Shown here in pieces: positions 30,287 through 39,228 of a stretch of 64,000 nucleotides of DNA. Below the pieces are notes generated by a model. That model saw only the letters and a program-made list of their open reading frames with translations, ran no database searches and had not been told where the DNA came from. This stretch comes from Calditrichaceae bacterium. Lineage in GTDB: Bacteria; Calditrichota; Calditrichia; Calditrichales; JBFXGD01. The stretch covers positions 105,036 through 169,035 of the forward strand of contig JBFXLE010000008.1 of the NCBI GenBank assembly GCA_050173015.1, in the 5' to 3' direction. A program made the position numbers and the translations under genes. The first letter of the stretch is position 1; each line of letters starts with the position of its first letter.

Positions 30287-31278
30287 CCGGTCACCTCCGA
30301 TTTTTCGGTAACATTAAATCTTTTAAAAAATCCTTTTTCAGTCGATGTAAATACCGGCATGGTCAGAATCGACACCTTAAGACAATCGTTCTCAGGGCAG
30401 GCTTCAACGCATTTAAAACACATCATGCAGTCATCCCGTACAATATTTTTACTTTCAATATCATCCGCGATTTCTTTGATCCCCACATCACACACACGAT
30501 GACAATTTCCACAACGGGTGCATTTCGATCCATCCTTGGTCAGCCTCAGTAATGATGCTTTTGAAAATATATATTGCAGCGCGCTCATTGGACAGAAAAA
30601 ACAAAAAAACCGCTTTTTCACAAACGAACCTGTGATGAACAGACCGGTCACAATGAGTCCCAGTGTGGACATAATGATGGTCGTACCCGAACTGAAATCT
30701 ACCGCGAACTGCGATGTATCACCTGAAAATAAAGGCAAAACCGTTCTACCCGGACAAACCTGGCAAAACGGAGCGGACAGATCATGTGAAAATTTTGGAA
30801 GGCCGAAAAGTGAATTGCTCATCCCTAAAGGAATCAGAATAAGGAGAATCAACAGAATGTATTTTATCTTCTTCAGATGTTTAAAGGTTAGTTCATCGTA
30901 TTTCGAAAAACGGACACCCGTTTTCTTTCGTAATCCGGTAATCCAGTCCTGAATCGTACCCAGAGGACAGATATACCCACACCAGGCTTTGTTAAAGAAA
31001 ATGAAAAGGATAAAGAATACAACAATTCCGTTCAGCAAAGCTATACCGCGCCAGCTAAACAGGCTGCTCCAGGTTGTATGCAACCTGTGTTGCAGGCTTA
31101 TCAGGAAACAGGTCCCTGCGCTGCCCTGATTATAAGGACAGGCAAAAGTCGGGATCTGGTCACTTATGTGGATAAAATAGTACCCGCCGTAAATCAGCAC
31201 CAGAAATGCCGCTAGCTGAAAGTAAAATCTGAACCGGCTGATATTCGAAAAATTGATATAATCGCTGATTCTATTCAT
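30274..31278 (-). CDS. Membrane 4Fe-4S binding protein (NapH/MauN/YccM-like)
   Basis: TM helices, WCGYICPLG, FCQVCP, FCFFCP, CTRCGNCHRVC, CMMCFKCVEACP. Start ATG 31278 overlaps the upstream stop. Confidence 0.88.
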   Translation of the reverse strand: MNRISDYINFSNISRFRFYFQLAAFLVLIYGGYYFIHISDQIPTFACPYNQGSAGTCFLISLQHRLHTTWSSLFSWRGIALLNGIVVFFILFIFFNKAWCGYICPLGTIQDWITGLRKKTGVRFSKYDELTFKHLKKIKYILLILLILIPLGMSNSLFGLPKFSHDLSAPFCQVCPGRTVLPLFSGDTSQFAVDFSSGTTIIMSTLGLIVTGLFITGSFVKKRFFCFFCPMSALQYIFSKASLLRLTKDGSKCTRCGNCHRVCDVGIKEIADDIESKNIVRDDCMMCFKCVEACPENDCLKVSILTMPVFTSTEKGFFKRFNVTEKSEVTGWEK

Positions 31279-32251
31279 TGAATGTGACCTCCCGGTACGG
31301 TACTTTTTTCCGCTCGCGATAGTAAAAAACAGCAACGGCAGCCAGGGAAAGCGCGAATACAAAAACGATCATTGCCCAGACCGCGGAAGAATACATCATT
31401 TTTGACGGAATATAACTTTCCGAAAATGTGGCAGTATACCGGACGCGCTTATAGGAACTGCCGTCAAATTCACCGTTTTCGGTAATGTCATGTTCGGATA
31501 CAATCAAAAAATTAAATATTTTTTGTTTCTCAAATTCAGATAACGTTGAAAAATAGTCCTCCGGTATTTGAAATGTCACTTCTCCGTTTTTATCCGATTC
31601 TGCTAATTTAGCCCATCCGGTTTGGGTGATGAGTTTTACCTTTGAACCTGAAACCGGGGTTCCGTTAAGATTTAATTTGAAAGTTACTTTGTCACCGGAC
31701 TGAATAAAGGTATGGAAATCCTCCCGGGGAAGCCTGTTTCTTATGACTTCATATGGGATATGACTTTTCAGGTCCTTGGGTTGAAGATTCGCAAGCACGT
31801 GTTTGTGCCCGTTTTGACATTTATGACTCAACCGTTCCGCTTTCGCGCTGATTATGTGCAGCGTATCTCCGGATACATATTTTTTCGTAAGATAAAGATT
31901 GTAGAATCCCTCCAGATTGCCGTTGTATATTATGGTCCCTTTCTCAAACTCACAGTCAATCAATTTATTTTCAGGTGAGAGGAGATGGACTCGCGCATTT
32001 ACGGATGGCGGGCCGGTTAAATATTCTGATTCTCCGGGCAGTGTCCCCGCCCGTATCCATTGTATGATATGAAAGACTCCCCTTTTACCGTTCCCCGGGA
32101 CGGAAGAGATTTTATGCATTCCGAACGGCTGAATTTTCTTATCCGCGTCTTTCGGCGGAACATTTGATATCCAAAAAGTATTTTCCGCTTTTAAAGACGC
32201 GCCCTGAAAAATCAGAAAAATCGCAAAACAATAATAAATATATTTTTTCAT
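31271..32251 (-). CDS. Secreted, C-terminally anchored protein (DUF4198-like, putative metal handling)
   Basis: Signal peptide, HKCQNGHKH, Ig-like 'GDKVTF..NG.PV...SDKNGEVTF' segment, C-terminal TM. Confidence 0.65.
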   Translation of the reverse strand: MKKYIYYCFAIFLIFQGASLKAENTFWISNVPPKDADKKIQPFGMHKISSVPGNGKRGVFHIIQWIRAGTLPGESEYLTGPPSVNARVHLLSPENKLIDCEFEKGTIIYNGNLEGFYNLYLTKKYVSGDTLHIISAKAERLSHKCQNGHKHVLANLQPKDLKSHIPYEVIRNRLPREDFHTFIQSGDKVTFKLNLNGTPVSGSKVKLITQTGWAKLAESDKNGEVTFQIPEDYFSTLSEFEKQKIFNFLIVSEHDITENGEFDGSSYKRVRYTATFSESYIPSKMMYSSAVWAMIVFVFALSLAAVAVFYYRERKKVPYREVTFNE

Positions 32252-32317
32252 CCTGTCTGCCTTTCACTCAGGAAGTCTGAAAAATCTCTCTCACCATTTA
32301 AACGACCTCATTCCGGA

Positions 32318-34549
32318 TTAAAATTTTAATCCCGCCGTTATGGTGACATTAACCGGGTAACCGGGATAGTAAGATTCACTCCAGACGCCCCTGCTGTAAC
32401 TGGCGTAAGCCCATGTAGCGTAATTTGTATCAAATACATTGTTTACACTCAAAGACGCGAAATAACGCCGTGTTTCATATGACAGTTTGGTGTTTACAAT
32501 ACCGTATCCGCCATATAGATGTACATTTTCATTGTCCATATAATATTTATCTACCCATTTCCAGCTTATATCCGCGCTCAACCCTGAAGAATGAACATAG
32601 CGCAGATCGGCTCCAACCTGATGGCGGGGTGTTTTCCTGAGATAATTATCATTGTAATCCTGGGAATTATCAAAACGGGCCTCTAAATACGCGTAATTCA
32701 ATGAGAGTATCAGAGATTCCACTAATTTCAGATTTCCCGCAAATTCAACTCCTTTATGAATGGTCTCACCGACATTCTCGTATTTTCCTGAAATCTCATC
32801 CTTGATAATCTGATCGGTAAAGTTCATCGCAAATAAGGAAACCTGGTAATCAAATCTCCGTGATATCTTTCCCCGCGCGCCTATTTCATAATTCGTCAGA
32901 TACTCGGATTTCAAATCCGGATTGGGTACCACCCCATATCCGCCAATAAATAACTGAGAAATTTGCGGAGGGTTGAAACCCCGTCCGACATTGGTGTAGA
33001 TAGTTAAAAATTTGAATGGATTATAGGATAATGCCAGTTTTGGACTCCAGGCGCTGATTGTGGCGACATCCGAAGTATTTCCGTCGTCGGGGAGACGATC
33101 ATCCCAATCATAATGAACACGGTCGTATCTGAGTCCGAATGAAAGCATCAGGGGATTGGAAATCTGAAAATCATTTTGCAGGTAATACCCATTGATATCA
33201 TAGATACTTGTTCCCTTATCCGTCATATCCGTCTTGACACCAAATTCGTCAAGATCAAATGTTTCGGAATCACCGTTTTCCCGCTCAGCAGTGATTCCGC
33301 CGATAAGAGAATTTCTTTTCCCAAGGATAAAAAATGATCGCTGCAGTCTTATTTCACCGCCAAAAAGATTGATGTCATCTTCGCTGGTGAAGGTATCGTT
33401 ATAACCGCCTTCATCCATGCAATTTCTGAAAAATAAATTGGAATTCAGGTCGAATCCGGATGAAAAATGTTTTTTATGTGTGATTCCAAGCCTGAAAAAC
33501 TCCTTTTTGCTTCCCGCGAATTTATTTTCGTTTGCTGTTTCGCGCGCTTCGAACTGCTCCTTAGAGAGAGAACCGGGAAAATCGGTATCACTCCGGATAT
33601 AGTCCAGCGACAGCATCATATTACCCAATCGCTCGTAATCGGTCTGGAGTTTTGCGGCGAATTTATCCGCGTTGTATGAATTTCTGTCTCTGTACCCGTT
33701 TGTGGAATGATCCGACGCGCTGAGATATATCCCGTACTGGCCTAATTGGCCGCCGGCGCTCATAGTAAATTTTTTTAAATCGTATGCGCCGAATGATGAT
33801 TCTATTTTGCTTTCAAATTTTTTCGGGGCCTTTTTTGTGACGATATTGATAACCCCCGTAATACCATTTGGACCGTATAATGCTGATACCGGACCCTTCA
33901 AGACTTCAATCTTTTCGATATTTCCAAGATCAATCCCTTCAAAATCAACCCTTCCCATTGCTTCATTAATGGAAATCCCGTCAACCAGTACTAAAATTCC
34001 CCTTGTCACATGAGAATGCAGTCCCACACCGCGGAAACTCACCACATTATATTCTGAATGAAAACGGTCTTCAGTAAAAACCCCCGGAATTTTCTGAAGC
34101 ATGGTCTCCACATTTCTCATTTCGGCCTGTTTTATATCATCCATTGAGACCAGATATACCGAGGCCGGAATATCTTTTATCTCTTTTTCCATTTTTGTCG
34201 CCGTTACAACGACTCTTCCTTCTGATTCATAAATTATCGGATTAAGACCGAAATTTATTGTTGTAGTTTCACCTGCATTCACCCGGATGTCTTTTCTCAC
34301 CACTTTTTCATATCCGATCAACAATGCTTCAAGGGTGTAAACGCCGGGTTTGACATTACGAATTTCGTAATTACCGGCATAGTCGCTTACATCCCCGAGA
34401 TATTCGCCTGTAATGTATATTTGTGCTTCCTGGAGTACGGTATTTGTTAAATTGTCATTCACATTCCCTTTAATGACACCGAATTCCTGAGCAAAAATTA
34501 TATTTGCGAACAGAATCAGTAAAAACCCCCCAGATGTGAAATATTTCAT
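32318..34549 (-). CDS. TonB-dependent outer-membrane receptor
   Basis: N-terminal carboxypeptidase-regulatory-like domain, VVVTATK, IEVLKGPVSALYG...GVINIVTK plug, NPDL.SE, NNVFD, terminal Phe. Confidence 0.95.
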   Translation of the reverse strand: MKYFTSGGFLLILFANIIFAQEFGVIKGNVNDNLTNTVLQEAQIYITGEYLGDVSDYAGNYEIRNVKPGVYTLEALLIGYEKVVRKDIRVNAGETTTINFGLNPIIYESEGRVVVTATKMEKEIKDIPASVYLVSMDDIKQAEMRNVETMLQKIPGVFTEDRFHSEYNVVSFRGVGLHSHVTRGILVLVDGISINEAMGRVDFEGIDLGNIEKIEVLKGPVSALYGPNGITGVINIVTKKAPKKFESKIESSFGAYDLKKFTMSAGGQLGQYGIYLSASDHSTNGYRDRNSYNADKFAAKLQTDYERLGNMMLSLDYIRSDTDFPGSLSKEQFEARETANENKFAGSKKEFFRLGITHKKHFSSGFDLNSNLFFRNCMDEGGYNDTFTSEDDINLFGGEIRLQRSFFILGKRNSLIGGITAERENGDSETFDLDEFGVKTDMTDKGTSIYDINGYYLQNDFQISNPLMLSFGLRYDRVHYDWDDRLPDDGNTSDVATISAWSPKLALSYNPFKFLTIYTNVGRGFNPPQISQLFIGGYGVVPNPDLKSEYLTNYEIGARGKISRRFDYQVSLFAMNFTDQIIKDEISGKYENVGETIHKGVEFAGNLKLVESLILSLNYAYLEARFDNSQDYNDNYLRKTPRHQVGADLRYVHSSGLSADISWKWVDKYYMDNENVHLYGGYGIVNTKLSYETRRYFASLSVNNVFDTNYATWAYASYSRGVWSESYYPGYPVNVTITAGLKF

Positions 34550-34634
34550 TTATTTTCTCCTGATGCTGAGAGTTCTATGTTAAACTTTAAATCATACGTG
34601 AGAGACCGAGAATGAAGCCTTTAAAGCACAAATT

Positions 34635-35120
34635 CTATTTTTGTTTGTTCTTTTCAGCCATTCGCTCCATTCTGATTGCTGTGGCGGTTTTTATCATTTC
34701 TAAACCGGTTAAATAGGTACCGCCGTAATGCCCGATAAAAAATTCAGCATTTTCACTGCTTCTGAATGAAAAAGTCGGCATCATGGCATAAGCGGGGAGA
34801 ATGTTGCTGCCGACCACAAAACTGGCATCGTTCATTTCTATCAGATCACCCGTATAGAAATCCTTTACTTTTACGGAAGTGTATTTAGTTTTGTCCATCA
34901 ATGCTGTCGCGCAGCCCACGGCGCAGGCATGTGTTACCGGGCCCCCGTCAAGTGACAATTCAATCCGAGTCCACATCTTTTCATAAACATCCATTCCGCA
35001 AATGGGGCAGGATCCGATTTTATCACCCAGATCCGGCTTCAGAACCGCGCCGGCGTTTTGTGAGTACCCGATAGCCATAAATAATAAAATGCAAATTATG
35101 ATTAATTTTATCGATTTCAT
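34635..35120 (-). CDS. NosL-like secreted metal-binding protein
   Basis: Signal peptide, CPICGM, HACAVGC, FVVGS...AMMP...F...YGG. Confidence 0.8.
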   Translation of the reverse strand: MKSIKLIIICILLFMAIGYSQNAGAVLKPDLGDKIGSCPICGMDVYEKMWTRIELSLDGGPVTHACAVGCATALMDKTKYTSVKVKDFYTGDLIEMNDASFVVGSNILPAYAMMPTFSFRSSENAEFFIGHYGGTYLTGLEMIKTATAIRMERMAEKNKQK

Positions 35121-35163
35121 TTTTAATCTCCGTTTTACTTTTTAAAGATTAATTTTGAATGAA

Positions 35164-35649
35164 TTACATTTCCTGTCCAACAGACAGTCTCATCAACAAA
35201 TCCCATGTGACTTCGTCAAATTTTAACATTTTACTACCCTGATGATCCTCCCTGAATTCTTCCGCGTCCGTTTTTGTTTTTAGCGGCACCAGTTCATTCC
35301 CCATCGGCCCAAGAATATCGCTGTCAATCACAAAAAAGGCGCTGTCGGCTTCTACCCACTGCAGTTCATAATATTCGCGAACATATATTTTCACCGGTTT
35401 TTGTTCAGCGGACCCTCCGTATTTTTCCGGATGCAGAAAATATTTAAACATATCTTTTGGACCGTCAAAAAACTTCACCATCCCATCCGCATAAATCATT
35501 TCAGCAATCCATTTCGGATAGGGGTGAACAAACATGGCGCAAACCGGACAGCGATCCTTCTCACCGGGCATTTTTGGATTTTGATCAGCAGCCTCCGAAA
35601 CAAAAACAACCAGGAGAAGCGACAAAATGATTATTTTGATTTTTTTCAT
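35164..35649 (-). CDS. NosL-family protein
   Basis: RCPVCAM, FFDGPKDM, SDILGPMG, F.EDHQG. Confidence 0.88.
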   Translation of the reverse strand: MKKIKIIILSLLLVVFVSEAADQNPKMPGEKDRCPVCAMFVHPYPKWIAEMIYADGMVKFFDGPKDMFKYFLHPEKYGGSAEQKPVKIYVREYYELQWVEADSAFFVIDSDILGPMGNELVPLKTKTDAEEFREDHQGSKMLKFDEVTWDLLMRLSVGQEM

Positions 35650-35712
35650 TTATAAATATCCTTTAAATCTTGTGTTCAAAAGACAAGCGTTATTATTGTT
35701 CCCCCACAGGAC

Positions 35713-36234
35713 TCAGGGACCGTTCTGACTTGCTGTCTTATTTTCAGTTCGGCGGCCAATTCTGTCAAAAATATATTGTTCTGTAAGCCACCCGACATAA
35801 ACCTCGAGAATCACACCTTCCCTGCTTAGTACAAAAGTAGTGGGGATTCCTTTGATTTTGTAGCGCTTCGCGGTTTTTGCGTACTCATCCACCAGCATTG
35901 GAAAAGTCACGTTAAATTCAATCTGAAAATCCTCCACATGATATTTGCTCTGTCCAACATTTACGCAAAGAATTTCCGCCTGCGCCATATCGCCAAACTT
36001 CTCATACGAGTTCTGCATCACCGGAAACTCGGAACGACATTCAGAGCACCAATCCCCCCAAAAATGAAGAAGGACTATTTTCCCTTTATAGTCATTTAAT
36101 GATACTTCCCTGCCGTTTACGTCATTTAGAAGAAAATCAGGCGCCTGCTCACCGATTTCGGGCATTCTATCACCGCATCCCATCATCATCATGAGAAAAA
36201 GGGTGATGATCCCCGTCTCTGAGATTTTTTTCAA
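35713..36234 (-). CDS. TlpA/ResA-like thioredoxin lipoprotein
   Basis: MMGC lipobox, APDF.L, FWGDWCSEC, GIPTTF. Confidence 0.92.
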   Translation of the reverse strand: MKKISETGIITLFLMMMMGCGDRMPEIGEQAPDFLLNDVNGREVSLNDYKGKIVLLHFWGDWCSECRSEFPVMQNSYEKFGDMAQAEILCVNVGQSKYHVEDFQIEFNVTFPMLVDEYAKTAKRYKIKGIPTTFVLSREGVILEVYVGWLTEQYIFDRIGRRTENKTASQNGP

Positions 36235-36317
36235 TTTCAGATACTCCGAAATAAATTCCGTCTCATAAAAACGGGATATTAATCAAGTTTTATTAATTAG
36301 AAGACTAAAGGGATGGA

Positions 36318-36695
36318 TTATTCGGGTGGATGATAAATATCCTTCTGTAAAACAGGGATACTCAAAAAATCATTTTTTGGTTTTAACAGGGTTTGCTTAT
36401 CGGGGATTAAAAGCAAATTTTCAAAAAACATTAATTTAGCGGTTAGATCCATAACCACCGGAACAATCGTACTCATGCGTGAAGCACAATGCGTAAACCC
36501 GATCAGGCCGGCCTCATCATCACAGGTGCATTTTGTCATATCACCATTGCATCCGCAATTGCAATAATGGACCAAATCCGGAAGCGCTTCCGCCTGCCGG
36601 AAGGCTTCCTGAATGACAGGTACTCCGGCCATATTAAAAATGACCAGGAAGCTCATAAATAACGCCAGGATTTTTTTCCGATTGACCCGATTCAT
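36318..36695 (-). CDS. Cys-rich small membrane protein ending in HPP (putative CruR/DUF2946-like regulatory upstream ORF)
   Basis: N-terminal hydrophobic segment, HYCNCGC...KCTC...HC (6 Cys), C-terminus DIYHPPE. Confidence 0.65.
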   Translation of the reverse strand: MNRVNRKKILALFMSFLVIFNMAGVPVIQEAFRQAEALPDLVHYCNCGCNGDMTKCTCDDEAGLIGFTHCASRMSTIVPVVMDLTAKLMFFENLLLIPDKQTLLKPKNDFLSIPVLQKDIYHPPE

Positions 36696-36713
36696 TTTAA
36701 ACCAATTTTGATA

Positions 36714-37547
36714 TTACAAATCTTTGTTTGAAAATATTTTTATCGCCAGCGCCAGCGGCAGACCGCCCCATGCCAGCAATGCCGTAAATAATACCAGAAA
36801 TCCGCTTCCCGTTCCGCCTACAAACTTTAATACCGCCCCTGCCGTAGGCCCGAACATGATCTTTCCGCCCAGAACAAACAAGGTTCCTACCCTTACAAGA
36901 TCAACCGGATTTCCAAAAAGCATTCCAAAAAGCACATTACGGAGTACGTTTCCCTCAAAACTGGAAGCCAGCCACATGACAAGCAAATCATAAAGAATAA
37001 CAAATATGAACCAGACAAATAAACCGATACTGAGGGCTTGTGTTCTTTTCATAGTGATCACACTTATCAGCGCGGAAATACTTAAAAATATCAACCCTAA
37101 AACAAGACTCAGCAAAACAAAAGCGATATACGCCGTCAGATCACTCGCGCCCGCTCTCCATCCGATGACCATACCGGCGGCGCCGAAACCGATACCTGTG
37201 GAAATCACTATAGCGAGAAACAAACCAAAATACTTCCCCAGCAGATTTTCTGATCGCAATACCGGCTGTGATATCTGAAGCTGCAGTGCTCCCGGTTCAT
37301 CCGACGCAAAGCTCATTGCTCCCAGAATTAGAGCTACCAACGGGACAAGGTAAAGATTCAAATTTAATAAACTCGCTGTTGTGCGGATAAAATCCTGGAA
37401 ACCGGTAAATCCTGATATTTTTGTGCCCGCGAAACTGATTGTAAGAGCGATTACAGCAAATACCACCGAAAAAATCATCACCCAACGGCTACGGATTACC
37501 GAGAGTAATTCCTGCATGGCAATTGAATTAATTATTTTAATATTCAT
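36714..37547 (-). CDS. nosY: NosY ABC permease for CuZ maturation
   Basis: RTTASLLNL, YLVPLVAL, GKY.G, YDLL, NPVDL.R; downstream of nosDFL. Confidence 0.9.
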   Translation of the reverse strand: MNIKIINSIAMQELLSVIRSRWVMIFSVVFAVIALTISFAGTKISGFTGFQDFIRTTASLLNLNLYLVPLVALILGAMSFASDEPGALQLQISQPVLRSENLLGKYFGLFLAIVISTGIGFGAAGMVIGWRAGASDLTAYIAFVLLSLVLGLIFLSISALISVITMKRTQALSIGLFVWFIFVILYDLLVMWLASSFEGNVLRNVLFGMLFGNPVDLVRVGTLFVLGGKIMFGPTAGAVLKFVGGTGSGFLVLFTALLAWGGLPLALAIKIFSNKDL

Positions 37548-38307
37548 AGGATTCCTTTGTCTCTTCTGCCAGATGCGCTCCCGTTACAATGAGCCTGCCA
37601 ATTATTTTATCTGAATTATTCTCAAAAATATCAAAGCGGTCGCCGGGCTTATCAACCTTTAATCTGTACATTCTTGATTCCCCGTATGGAATTTCCATTT
37701 GCAATTCAGGATAATTCAGGATACTGATTGACGCATCCTTTTCTGTCCGGTTCGATATACGAATCTGTACTATCTGATTCAGAGTTGCTTCAAATACTTC
37801 CGGAGTGAGCTTATTCTGGATATAATCCGCCCGGACATATAAATCCGGTTCCTGATATTCGTCCCACATTTTATTCCATGAGAGAATTTCGCCCTCGCGG
37901 ATTGTATTTTTAAATTTCAGCGCTGCCGCCGAATCGCTAAAAGTCGTAACATTAAAGTCCATGACAGGAGTGCGATAATCACCCCTGACAAAGAGAGCGC
38001 TGTCCGCGGCAATCCAGTTTTTTGTGTCAAAGGCAATCACATAAAATTTGAGTATATTATTTTTCTCCCTCACGTGGCCGCCGGAAAAATACTGTACCAT
38101 GCAGATGGGATGATCAAATTTTATGATCTCTCCATTTATTTTGATTAATTCAGCGGCATACTCAAAATCAAGAATCTCCATCCGGCAGGTTATACAAATA
38201 TCACCCTTTTCAACCGGTACGGGCTCACCCGAAATGCTCCCGCATCCCGTAATCAATGAAAAGATGGCACTTAATATGGCCTGACCGATCCATTTTTGTA
38301 TGCTCAT
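37537..38307 (-). CDS. nosL: NosL copper chaperone lipoprotein with C-terminal cupredoxin-like extension
   Basis: ITGC lipobox, CITCRM, FDHPICM, TPVM; extra ~100 aa beta-rich tail. Confidence 0.85.
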   Translation of the reverse strand: MSIQKWIGQAILSAIFSLITGCGSISGEPVPVEKGDICITCRMEILDFEYAAELIKINGEIIKFDHPICMVQYFSGGHVREKNNILKFYVIAFDTKNWIAADSALFVRGDYRTPVMDFNVTTFSDSAAALKFKNTIREGEILSWNKMWDEYQEPDLYVRADYIQNKLTPEVFEATLNQIVQIRISNRTEKDASISILNYPELQMEIPYGESRMYRLKVDKPGDRFDIFENNSDKIIGRLIVTGAHLAEETKESYEY

Positions 38308-39212
38308 TCCTGAATATTCTCCGAAAATATCCTGTTGTAAACATATTCCAGCGTCGGGTCTTCCGTCCAGAAACGCTCTATTTTTGCCCCGGCTTTACGC
38401 AGAATTTCCAGCAAATTAGGACGTTTGTCGGCTTCAACAACTACCCGGAAAATGTCACCTTCGATTTCAACTTCCCTCGCTCCGTTCGCAAGAAGCAGAT
38501 CCTTGTATTCCGGTTGTGTATTAAGAAATACAATAATCATTCTGGCATCGGCGTCAGATGTTCTCTTTAATTCAAGCGCGTCTTTTACGGCAATCAGCCG
38601 GCCGTCTTTCAGAAGAGCGATTCGGTCCGCCAGTTGTTCCGCTTCGCTCAACAGATGTGTGGCCATGACAATAGTGCATTTTCTGGCTTTAATCTCCCTC
38701 ACGAGTTCTTTAAACTTGGCCACGCCCTGCAGATCAAGGTTTATGGTTGGCTCATCAAGGATGTAGACGTTAGCCGGAGACAATTTCAATAATCCTAGAC
38801 CAAGCCTCTGAACCATTCCCCCTGAAAACACCCCGACAAATTTATCCGTTGATCCGTTCAGATTGATATCTTTTAAAATCTCATTAATATGAGTCTGCGG
38901 TTGTTGTCTTATTTTCGAGTGATACAAAAGAATCTCTCTGGCCGTCAAATTATCCGGAAATGACAGCCTCTGGGGCAAAAACATCATATTTTTTTTAACT
39001 TCCCTTGGATATTTCCAGACATCGGTGTCATTGACTAAAATCTGTCCGGTTGTGGGCTTGATAAGCCCAATGATCATTTTTAATAATGTCGATTTTCCGC
39101 TGCCGTTCGGACCAAGCAGAGCAAAGGTCTCTCCGGGTTTTATGTCAAGATCGACGTTATTAACAGCAAGCGTATCTTTGAATTTTTTTGATATATTTCT
39201 GATCTTTATCAT
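38304..39212 (-). CDS. nosF: NosF ABC ATPase
   Basis: GPNGSGKS, FSGGM, LDEP; lies between nosD and nosL. Confidence 0.9.
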   Translation of the reverse strand: MIKIRNISKKFKDTLAVNNVDLDIKPGETFALLGPNGSGKSTLLKMIIGLIKPTTGQILVNDTDVWKYPREVKKNMMFLPQRLSFPDNLTAREILLYHSKIRQQPQTHINEILKDINLNGSTDKFVGVFSGGMVQRLGLGLLKLSPANVYILDEPTINLDLQGVAKFKELVREIKARKCTIVMATHLLSEAEQLADRIALLKDGRLIAVKDALELKRTSDADARMIIVFLNTQPEYKDLLLANGAREVEIEGDIFRVVVEADKRPNLLEILRKAGAKIERFWTEDPTLEYVYNRIFSENIQE

Positions 39213-39228
39213 AATCCGTCCGGGATAA

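Noticed and set aside
30274-31278. Calling this nosH or napH
   Set aside because: Family resemblance only; no NosG/NapG partner, extra Cys motifs, and it is coupled to the DCCP gene.
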